From Planctomycetota bacterium (GTDB lineage: Bacteria > Planctomycetota > UBA1135 > UBA2386), in NCBI GenBank assembly GCA_965223545.1, contig OZ245006.1, positions 7,040,001-7,104,000 of the forward strand: 64,000 nt of DNA, read 5' to 3'. Below are positions 36,990 through 45,019 of the stretch, in pieces; position 1 is the stretch's first letter, and each line of letters begins with the position of its first letter. The notes under the pieces are model-generated. The model worked only from the letters and a program-made list of their open reading frames with translations. It did no database searches and was not told the DNA's origin. The translations under genes and the position numbers were made by a program.

Positions 36990-38063
36990 ATGACCGAGGG
37001 TGAAGCCGCAGCGGCGGGTAAGGACGGAGCGAAGGATCACGGTGTCCTGTACATCGGCATGGACTTGGGGACGTCGCGGACGGCGATCTCTGCCAGCAAC
37101 GGCGTCCGCGAGTCGATGTTCTCCGCCGTGGGCTACCCCAAGGACGTGGTCAGCCAGAAGCTGCTGAAGAAGAGCGTGTTGTTCGGCAAGGAAGCGCTGG
37201 AGAAGCGGTTGTCGCTCAACCTCTACCAGCCGCTGCAGCACGGTGTCCTGAAGCACAGCGAGGGTGGCGGAGACGAGGCCGATGCCAATGTGCGCGCCGC
37301 GCGCGACCTGATCCGCGCCGCGACCGACATGGCGCAGGCGCGCAAGGACGAGCTGGTCTACTGCGTCATCGGCGCGCCGGCCCAGGCTTCCATCCGCAAC
37401 AAGGAGGCGATCATCGAAGCCGCGCGGGAGACCGTCGATTCGGTGATGCTGTGCAGCGAGCCGTTCGCCGTCGCGTACGGGCTCGACATGCTGGAGGATG
37501 TGCTCGTCGTCGACATCGGCGCGGGCACCACCGACTTGTGCCGGATGCACGGCACGATGCCGGAGGAGTCGGATCAGATCACGACGACTGCAGCGGGTGA
37601 TGCGGTGGATGCCGAGCTCGCCCGGCTGATCGGCGAAACCTGCCCGGGTGCGCAGTTCACCACCCAGATGATCAAGGACATCAAGGAGCGCTTCTCCTAC
37701 CTCGGCGATCCGCTCGGCCGCTGCACGGTGGACCTGCCGGTGAACGGCAAGCCGACCAGCTTCGACCTCACCGATCAGGTCAAGGCCGCGTGCTCGATCC
37801 TGATCCAGCCGATCGTCGATGGGATCAACAAGCTGATCTCGTCCTTCGATCCGGAGTTCCAGGAGCGGCTGCGCCGGCGCGTTCTGCTCGCCGGTGGCGG
37901 TTCGCTGATCAAGGGCTTGGACAACGCGATCGAAGAGGCGATGCAGCGCGACCTCGGCGGTGGCAAGGTGATGCGCATCGAAGAGCCCATCTACGGCGGC
38001 GCCAACGGTGCGCTGAAGATCGCGCACGACATGCCCGAGGAGTACTGGGAGAAGCTCAAGTAG
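36990..38063 (+). CDS. mamK: MamK-like bacterial actin
   Basis: IGMDLGTSRT, VGYPKDVV, PLQHGVL, VIGAPAQAS, SEPFAVAYGLD, VDIGAGTTD, DQ.T...AG..VD, LAGGGS, GALKIA..MP..YW; matches MamK as recalled rather than MreB. Confidence 0.85.
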   Translation: MTEGEAAAAGKDGAKDHGVLYIGMDLGTSRTAISASNGVRESMFSAVGYPKDVVSQKLLKKSVLFGKEALEKRLSLNLYQPLQHGVLKHSEGGGDEADANVRAARDLIRAATDMAQARKDELVYCVIGAPAQASIRNKEAIIEAARETVDSVMLCSEPFAVAYGLDMLEDVLVVDIGAGTTDLCRMHGTMPEESDQITTTAAGDAVDAELARLIGETCPGAQFTTQMIKDIKERFSYLGDPLGRCTVDLPVNGKPTSFDLTDQVKAACSILIQPIVDGINKLISSFDPEFQERLRRRVLLAGGGSLIKGLDNAIEEAMQRDLGGGKVMRIEEPIYGGANGALKIAHDMPEEYWEKLK

Positions 38064-38116
38064 CGCGGGCCGGGGGTACAGACGGCTCGCCGGTCACGGC
38101 GGCCGACCGGCGCCCC

Positions 38117-38836
38117 CTATAGACCGAACTCGCCGCTCAGGATCTCGCGCAGCTCGTAGAAGTCGCGGATCACGTAGTTCGGCTCGGTCGCGCCCTGGTG
38201 CGAGGCGTAGCGCCCGGAGCGCTGGCTGCGCACCGTGATCAGACCCTCGGCGTTGGCGGGGTCGATGTCGTGCGTCGGGTTGTCGCCGACGTAGACGACT
38301 CTGGCCGGATCGAGCTCCAGGTCGGATACCACGCGCCGATACAGCTTGGGGTTGGGCTTGCTGATGCCGATCTGCTCGGTGAAGTAGATCGCGTTGGGGG
38401 TGAGGAAGTCGTAGATCTTCAGCCGGATCAGCTTCTCGGCCTGTTTGATGGTCCAGCCGGCGGAGACGATCCCGCGCAGCACGGGCTTGTCGGCCAGCCA
38501 GCTGAGGACCTCGTAGACGTCGTCGTAGACCTGCAGCTCGCGCCACTTGGTCTCGTGGTAGGCGACCACGCCGGCGGCGACGACCACCGCGGGGTTGACC
38601 CCCCGGCTGGCCTGCCCCGGCAGGCGCTGCACCACCTTGTCGAAGTGCGACGAGTGGTTGCTCGAGAACTCGGTGATGACCTCGGTCAGCTCCTTGAGGC
38701 ACGCCTCACGGCTGGCCTTGAGGCCGGCACGAATCATCGCGTCGACGGCGGCGCGGCGCGCCTTGTCCGCGAACACCGTCGTCGAAAACAGCGTGTCGTC
38801 GATGTCGAAGAAGACCGCTTGGATCTTGCGCGCCAT
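38117..38836 (-). CDS. HAD-superfamily hydrolase
   Basis: FFDIDDTL, SKPNP, YVGDNPTHDI. Confidence 0.92.
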   Translation of the reverse strand: MARKIQAVFFDIDDTLFSTTVFADKARRAAVDAMIRAGLKASREACLKELTEVITEFSSNHSSHFDKVVQRLPGQASRGVNPAVVVAAGVVAYHETKWRELQVYDDVYEVLSWLADKPVLRGIVSAGWTIKQAEKLIRLKIYDFLTPNAIYFTEQIGISKPNPKLYRRVVSDLELDPARVVYVGDNPTHDIDPANAEGLITVRSQRSGRYASHQGATEPNYVIRDFYELREILSGEFGL

Positions 38837-38859
38837 CGACGACTCGGGGGGGCTGCCGG

Positions 38860-41364
38860 TCAGCGCGACAGCTGGTCGGCGACCTCGGTCAGCTCGGTGA
38901 TGGTCGCGGTGACCAGCACGGACAGCGAGGTGTTCTCGTCCGAGACGCCCTCTTGCTTGAACAGGAAGGAGATCAGCGGAATCTTGCTGAGCAGCGGCAC
39001 CTCGGCGCGGCGCTCACGGCTGAGCACCTCGCGCAGGCCGCCGATCAGCACCGAGCCACCGTCCGGCACCGACGCGCTGGTGGCGAACGAGCGCACCGTC
39101 ATCGTCGGCAGCTGCAGGATGACCGGCAGGGTGGTGCCCGCCAGCGACGTGGTGAACGTCGGGATCGGGCGGGTGAGCTCGGCCACCGTGGGCTGCAGGC
39201 TCAACATGATGTTCTTGCGGTCGTGCGCGATGGTCGGGCGCACGTCGAGCACGATGCCGTCTTGGATCACGTCGACCTTGGGGTCGGCGATGAACGACGC
39301 CTGCGCCACCTCGACGTCGAAGTCGCGGATGTAGGAGGTCTGGTTGATCACCGCCATGTTCGCGCGCTCGTTGTTGAGCACGGTCAGCATCTGGCTGTTG
39401 ACCACCTGGATGTCCTCTTGCTTCTCGATCGCCTGGATCAGCGCCTGCAGCTCGAGGTCGTCGAGCAGCGAGAACGCCGCGGTGAAGCCGCCGTTGGCGG
39501 TCAGCGCTTGACCCAGGGGGGCACCGAAGAAGTTCTCGGTGCGCGCCCGCACGTCGCCGTCGCCACCGTCGTTGAAGAACGCACCGGCGCTCGGGTTGCT
39601 GGCGGCGTCGCCCGAGCCCTGGTTGTCGAGCCCGCGCGACGCGGAGTCGTCCAACGCGTTGGTCACGTCGTCCAGAGTGGCCTCGGTGCCCTTGTTGCCC
39701 GAGCCGCCGAGCCCGCGGAAGTCCACGCCGATCTCCTGCAGGTAGTTCTGCGTGATCGTCAGGAACTTGGTCTCGATGGTCACCACGCTGGTGGCGAACC
39801 GACGTTGGTCCTCGATGAAGCGCCGCACGCGCTCCTGCATCTCGGGCGAGGCGTGGCAGAGCAGGTAGCCGCTCTCCACGTAGTCCATCCGGCCGCCGCC
39901 GTCGGCTTCCCAGTAGGTGTCGCCGCCGGTCGCGCTCTCGATGTTGGTCTTCAGCACGTCGGCTTCGATGTAGGCGACCTTCTCGTCACCCTCGCTGCCG
40001 ATGCGCGGGCCCGACAGGCCGATGTCGCCACTGGGGATGTCACGGATGATCGGCGGCAAGAACGTGGTGCGGGGGAACACCAAGTCGCGCACGTCGTGGC
40101 TGATCATGATGTCGGCGCCACCGGACTTGGCCTTGGTGGTGATCTCGACCACGCCGTTGCGGACCGTCCAGGCCAGGGTCTCGCTCTTGTCGACCATCAG
40201 GTCGAGGAAGTTGGCCAGCGAGATCGGCGCGGCGATGTCGATCTCCATCACCAGACCTTCGCCGTCGACCGCGTCGCGCGCTTCCTGCGACATCATGATC
40301 GGCACGTTGGTCATGCTGCGCAGCAGCCGGATGACGTCGCCGTAGTCACCGGTCTCCTCGGTGAACTGTACCTTCGGCACCTGCTTGGAGCGCACCAGCT
40401 CGCGCACCGCGCGGTCGTCCGGGTCGGTGGCGTCGGCCGGCACCACTCCCTGGTCGCGCATGCTGGCGCGCTTCCAGGTCGCGCGGTCGACGCGCAGAAT
40501 GTCGGATTGGGGCACCCGCAGATCCTGGTCCTGTTCGAGCATCCGCTTGAACTGCTCGCGCTTGGAGCGGCGGTAGCGCTCGGTGCTCTCGGTGCGCTGC
40601 GCCTTGGTGGCGGTGTCGTGGATCTCGCGCGCGAGGTGGTTGGTCTGGTCGAGAGTCATGGCGTCGAACGCGAGGTCGCGCGCCAGCTCGTAGTGACCGC
40701 CGTCGAACGCGCGCACCGCCTTGTCGAGCAGGTTGTCCACCCGCGCGGTGAGCCGCGCAGCGCGGGCCTCTTCGGCCAGTCGCTGCTCGCGGTAGATCTC
40801 GTCCTCGATCGCCGCCTGCTTCTCGGCGGCGTGCCGGTCGTGCAGCTCCTGCGCGCGCGCCCGCATCTCGTTGGCGCGGTCGCCGATGTCTTGCCAGTCG
40901 ATGTCTGGGGCGACGTCGATGCGCAGCAGCACCGCGTCGAGGTCGGCGATCGCGGCTTCGTAGTCCTCGTTGGTGATGGAGCGCTCCGCGGCTTCCATGC
41001 GCTGCAGGGCGTCCTGGCGCGCGCGCTGCTCGCGGATCTGCCACAGCCGCTGCATCTGCTCGGCGAAGCTCTGCCCGGTTCCCGGGTGGCCGGGTTGCAA
41101 CGCGGACTGCACCTCGGCGAGCGCGCTCAACACGTCCTGATTGGCGGGCGACAGCTCCTTCGCGCGCAGCAGCAGGGACAGCGCCTCCTCGTTGCGTCCG
41201 GAGCTGCGCAGCTCGCGGGCGTCTTGGAGGTAGCGTTCGGTGAGGAACTTGGCGCGCTCGGCCTTGAGGCTCTGCCCCTGAGGAGCCGCGGTGAGCGCGG
41301 CGGTGGAGATCAGGAGCAGGGAGAGGGCCGATGCGAGGACGCGGCGCGTCAGGACTTCGAACAT
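38860..41364 (-). CDS. Secretin-family protein with N-terminal TPR-like helices (secretin B)
   Basis: Signal peptide; HDVRDL N-domain motif; VTIETKFL, LTVLNNERA, GIVLDVRPTI, VPDGGSVLIGGL, VPLLSKIPLISFLF. Confidence 0.88.
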   Translation of the reverse strand: MFEVLTRRVLASALSLLLISTAALTAAPQGQSLKAERAKFLTERYLQDARELRSSGRNEEALSLLLRAKELSPANQDVLSALAEVQSALQPGHPGTGQSFAEQMQRLWQIREQRARQDALQRMEAAERSITNEDYEAAIADLDAVLLRIDVAPDIDWQDIGDRANEMRARAQELHDRHAAEKQAAIEDEIYREQRLAEEARAARLTARVDNLLDKAVRAFDGGHYELARDLAFDAMTLDQTNHLAREIHDTATKAQRTESTERYRRSKREQFKRMLEQDQDLRVPQSDILRVDRATWKRASMRDQGVVPADATDPDDRAVRELVRSKQVPKVQFTEETGDYGDVIRLLRSMTNVPIMMSQEARDAVDGEGLVMEIDIAAPISLANFLDLMVDKSETLAWTVRNGVVEITTKAKSGGADIMISHDVRDLVFPRTTFLPPIIRDIPSGDIGLSGPRIGSEGDEKVAYIEADVLKTNIESATGGDTYWEADGGGRMDYVESGYLLCHASPEMQERVRRFIEDQRRFATSVVTIETKFLTITQNYLQEIGVDFRGLGGSGNKGTEATLDDVTNALDDSASRGLDNQGSGDAASNPSAGAFFNDGGDGDVRARTENFFGAPLGQALTANGGFTAAFSLLDDLELQALIQAIEKQEDIQVVNSQMLTVLNNERANMAVINQTSYIRDFDVEVAQASFIADPKVDVIQDGIVLDVRPTIAHDRKNIMLSLQPTVAELTRPIPTFTTSLAGTTLPVILQLPTMTVRSFATSASVPDGGSVLIGGLREVLSRERRAEVPLLSKIPLISFLFKQEGVSDENTSLSVLVTATITELTEVADQLSR

Positions 41365-41742
41365 CTGGCTTCGGAGCTTGCTGTAGGGAATCGAGAGGGC
41401 ACCCCGCGGCCGGTACGTCACGCGGACGATCGGCCGCTGCGAGAGGGTGTCGCCGACAACTCGGGGGGACGGTCTCCGGCGATCCGGGAGGCGCAGAAAC
41501 TAGCTGTCATGGGGGGGATCCGCCACCACAATCTTCTTCGCTTTGGCGCCCCTCCACGCTGTGCGGCTGGCCGCGGAACGCGGGTTCCGCGAAGGACTTC
41601 GTGCGGTTCCCCGTAGCCGATCGGGCCGGTTCGGGGCGCGCACACGGCGGTCCGCACGGGCCGCCGGCGGAGGGGGGGCGAACCCCTGGCGCCGAGTCGA
41701 CAACGACTCGGCTGGCCGACGCGCCGGCGGCCGGCTCGTTGG

Positions 41743-42318
41743 CTACTCGCCGCTGCGGGCGCCTCGGGCGCCGCGGGCGCCGAGGCCGCCGCCGAAGCTG
41801 ATGTCTTCGAAGCCCGCCTCGCGGACCGCGTCCAGCGTGGTGGCGACGTCGCCGTAGGTCGTGTCCGGGCCGGGCTCGATGACCACGCTCATCGGCTTGA
41901 GCTCGCCGGTTTCCTTGTCTCGCTGGAAGCGGCTCGTGTCGGTGGCGATCTTGCGCAGCGCCTCGAGCAGCGCGTCCGAGCTCTGGAACGGCGTCGGTCC
42001 GATCTTCCACCGGACCTGGTGGCCCTCGAGCCGGTACGACGGTTCGATCCCGGCCTCCGCCTCCTGCGCGGTCGCCTGACGGCGCGGGATCTTGGTGCCG
42101 AAGTTGTCGCAGATGATCATGATGTTGAGCTTTTCCTGCGGCTCGACCTCGGTCGTGTGCGCGCCCACATCCTTCGGCAGGTAGGCCGGTAGCTTGGCTT
42201 CCAAGATGCGGAAGTCGATGCAGAGGAAGAAGATGATGAGCAGGAACACGACGTCGATCATCGGCGTCATGTCCATCTTGGCCTCTTCCTCGATGGTTTC
42301 TCGCAGTCGTTCCTTCAT
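41743..42318 (-). CDS. ExbD/TolR-family protein
   Basis: MDMTPMIDVVFLLIIFF; VVIEP...TYGDVATTLDAV..AG. Confidence 0.9.
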   Translation of the reverse strand: MKERLRETIEEEAKMDMTPMIDVVFLLIIFFLCIDFRILEAKLPAYLPKDVGAHTTEVEPQEKLNIMIICDNFGTKIPRRQATAQEAEAGIEPSYRLEGHQVRWKIGPTPFQSSDALLEALRKIATDTSRFQRDKETGELKPMSVVIEPGPDTTYGDVATTLDAVREAGFEDISFGGGLGARGARGARSGE

Positions 42319-42329
42319 CGCATCGCCCT

Positions 42330-42875
42330 CTACTGAGCCTGCCTGGCCAACATGCGCACTTCCTTGTCCTCTTCGCTGAGCGCGAGCTCCAGCTTCCAGA
42401 ACGCGGCCTCGGGGAAAGTGCAGGCCTCCATGAACTTGCCGACGTAGTGCCACTCGGTCCACTTGTCGGCGCGCACCAGGACGGGATCCTCGATCGTGGT
42501 CATCCGCATGCCGCCGCCGACGACTTCGCTCTTGATGCTGTCGGGGTCGGCGACGGTCTGCTTCCACAACAGGAGGAGCGGACGGATGTTCTCGATGATC
42601 TTCTTGGGATCGTGTCCGTCGACCAATGGGTCGTAGTAGGCGTTCTTCTTGTAGATCATCTCACCGGACTGGGTGATGTTGATCACCGGCCGGTTCTCCG
42701 GCGGCTTCTCGTCCGGCACCGCGAACTCCGCCTTCGGCAGGATCAGGTCCTCGAGCTCTTGCTGGCTCAAGTCGATCACGAGCACGAAGAAGATCATCAG
42801 CAGGAAGACGCAGTCGATCATCGGCGTCATGTCCATCTGAATCTCTTGCTGGGCGCGTTTGGTTTGTTTCGACAT
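42330..42875 (-). CDS. ExbD/TolR-family protein
   Basis: MDMTPMIDCVFLLMIFF, LILPKA, VLVRADK. Confidence 0.9.
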   Translation of the reverse strand: MSKQTKRAQQEIQMDMTPMIDCVFLLMIFFVLVIDLSQQELEDLILPKAEFAVPDEKPPENRPVINITQSGEMIYKKNAYYDPLVDGHDPKKIIENIRPLLLLWKQTVADPDSIKSEVVGGGMRMTTIEDPVLVRADKWTEWHYVGKFMEACTFPEAAFWKLELALSEEDKEVRMLARQAQ

Positions 42876-42943
42876 CGGTTGCTCCCGGTCTGCGGTCGGC
42901 TTGCCGCACTCCAACGAGCGCGGCGGGGGGCCGGATCAGTCGG

Positions 42944-43666
42944 TCACTCGCCCGCGCTCTTCGGACGGAAGCGCTCGAACATGTCCTCGGCGAGGGCGTT
43001 GACCTCGATGGTCGCGCGCACCACGCGGTTGCGGAACACGAAGAAGAACGCGCCGACCGGGATCGCCACGACCAGGCCGAAGATGGTGGTCGTCAGCGCC
43101 AGCTTGATGCCGCCCGCCAGCTGCGCCGGGCTGACCGAGCCGCCGGCCGCCGCGATCTCGCCGAACGTGACGAACATGCCCGTCACCGTGCCGAGCAGGC
43201 CCATCATCGGCGCCGTGGCACTGATCAGGGACAGCCAGCCGATCTTCTGGAACAGCTTGACCGACTCCTCGTCCTCCATCTCGCGGACCGCGGTCTGGAT
43301 GGTTTCGAACGGGTGCCCGAGCTTGGACAGCCCCGCGGCGACCACGTTGGTGAGGTAGGTGCGCTCGTTCTCGCAGAGCTCCAGGGCGTCCTGGAAGTTC
43401 TCTTCGTCGAACAGGGCCTCGAGCTCGTCGACCAGGTCGGGCGGCGCGAGCTTGTCGCGCTTGATCGTCATGAAGTTCTCGATGATCAGCGCCAGCGAGA
43501 TCACCGAGATGATGACGATCACCCAGCCGACGATGCCCGCGTTCTCGAACATGTCGGCGAGCGCGCTCTTCTGCTCGGTGGCTTCTTGCGCGAGCAACGA
43601 GCTGGTCAGCAGCAGAGTGGACAGGGCCGGGAGGCAGGGGAAGCGGTTCAGAAAAGTCAGCTTCAT
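42944..43666 (-). CDS. MotA/TolQ/ExbB proton-channel protein
   Basis: APMMGLLGTVTGM..TF, LAGGI..AL.TT..GLVVAIP. Confidence 0.93.
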   Translation of the reverse strand: MKLTFLNRFPCLPALSTLLLTSSLLAQEATEQKSALADMFENAGIVGWVIVIISVISLALIIENFMTIKRDKLAPPDLVDELEALFDEENFQDALELCENERTYLTNVVAAGLSKLGHPFETIQTAVREMEDEESVKLFQKIGWLSLISATAPMMGLLGTVTGMFVTFGEIAAAGGSVSPAQLAGGIKLALTTTIFGLVVAIPVGAFFFVFRNRVVRATIEVNALAEDMFERFRPKSAGE

Positions 43667-43864
43667 CGATCTAAGCCGTCGGCGCGACGGCGCGAGAGTG
43701 GAGGGACCGAGGGCTGGTCCACGAGAGTGCGAATGCCGCCGCGGCGGAGGCAAAGGCCACGGCAGCGCCAGAGTGTGCGTGAGGGGGGGCGGAGACGAAA
43801 GCCCCTGCCGCGCCCACAGGCGAGAAAATCGTCCGGGGTTGCCCGGTCGTGACCACCGGTCGCG

Positions 43865-45019
43865 TCACCGCTGGGTCTCGCCGCGGGCCTGCTCGGCCCA
43901 ATCGGTGGTGGGGTATTGATCCGTGACCAGGTCGAAATAGGTCAGCGCGCGGTTGCGCGCGTCGCGCTCGCGCTCCTCGCCGAGGGCGAGCAGCACCTTG
44001 CCGAAGAAGTACAGCGACTTGGCCGAAGTCTCGGCGTTGCTGGTGTCGCGCGCCATCGCGCGCGCCAACGCCATCTGCGCCTCGCGCAGGGTGGCGGCCT
44101 CGCCACTGCCTTCGGTCGACAGAAACAGGGCCTGCCCCACCCCGGCCAGGGCGGCGGCCTGCACGCTGCGGGTACCGCTGTCCGCGTGCCGGCGGAAGTA
44201 CTGCAGCGCCTGCTGCCAATCCTTCTCGACGATGTAGGTCTCGCCCTGCGCGATCAGCGCGCGTTCCTTGAGCTCGCCCAGCTCCGCATCGGCGCCCTCG
44301 GTGCTGATGGCGCCGTCGACGGCGGTCGCGACCGACTGGAACGCGCTGCGCGCCTGGCCGGCTTCGCCGGCGGCGGCGAGGGCGACGCCGCGGTGGTACT
44401 TGGCGTGCGCGGCCCAGGTCATGCCCCAGCCGTCGGTGACGGTGCGCGACTCCAAGCTCTGCAGCGCGGAGGCGGCTTCGGTCGGCTGACCCTGCAGCAG
44501 CAGCGCGCGGGCGAGCAGCAGGTTGGCCTCGGCGACGCGCAGCCCGTCGGGGTGGTCGTTGATGTACTCCTGCAGGCGGTCGGCCGCCGCCTCGGCGGTG
44601 GCCGCGTCGGTGTCGGCCGCGCGCAGCGCGGCGCGCGCTCCGCGGAAGGTCGCCTCCGCCTTGGTCAGGTCGCGCAGCGCCTCCTTGGCGGCCTCGAGGT
44701 ATTGCGTCGCAGCCTCGCCGAACTGCCCGTTCTCGGCCAGGTTCTCGGCCAGCCGGAACGTCTCGGGCATACTGTGCCACTCGATGGCGCGCACCGTGGC
44801 CGACGGGACCTTCTTGTCGCCGTCCGGCGAGGTGTAGGTCACCTCGGCGGCGGTTGCGGCGGTCACCTCACCGCCGCGCAGGGTGGCGCCGTCGCGCAGG
44901 TGCACGACGTCGGTCTGCGCGTGGGAGGTCGCGGCGCCGGTGAGCGCGACGGCGGTCACCGCCAGTGCGCGCCACGCGGAGAGGGCGGCCGGCAGGATGG
45001 TGGTCGTGGGAGCGCTCAT
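43865..45019 (-). CDS. Exported TPR protein
   Basis: Signal peptide (SHAQ), DVVHLRDG beta N-domain, TPR helices, YPTTDWA terminus. Confidence 0.8.
   Translation of the reverse strand: MSAPTTTILPAALSAWRALAVTAVALTGAATSHAQTDVVHLRDGATLRGGEVTAATAAEVTYTSPDGDKKVPSATVRAIEWHSMPETFRLAENLAENGQFGEAATQYLEAAKEALRDLTKAEATFRGARAALRAADTDAATAEAAADRLQEYINDHPDGLRVAEANLLLARALLLQGQPTEAASALQSLESRTVTDGWGMTWAAHAKYHRGVALAAAGEAGQARSAFQSVATAVDGAISTEGADAELGELKERALIAQGETYIVEKDWQQALQYFRRHADSGTRSVQAAALAGVGQALFLSTEGSGEAATLREAQMALARAMARDTSNAETSAKSLYFFGKVLLALGEERERDARNRALTYFDLVTDQYPTTDWAEQARGETQR

Noticed and set aside
35341..38063. Magnetosome gene cluster
   Set aside because: Only a MamK-like gene; no mamA/B/E/I/M/P/Q or feoB recognised nearby
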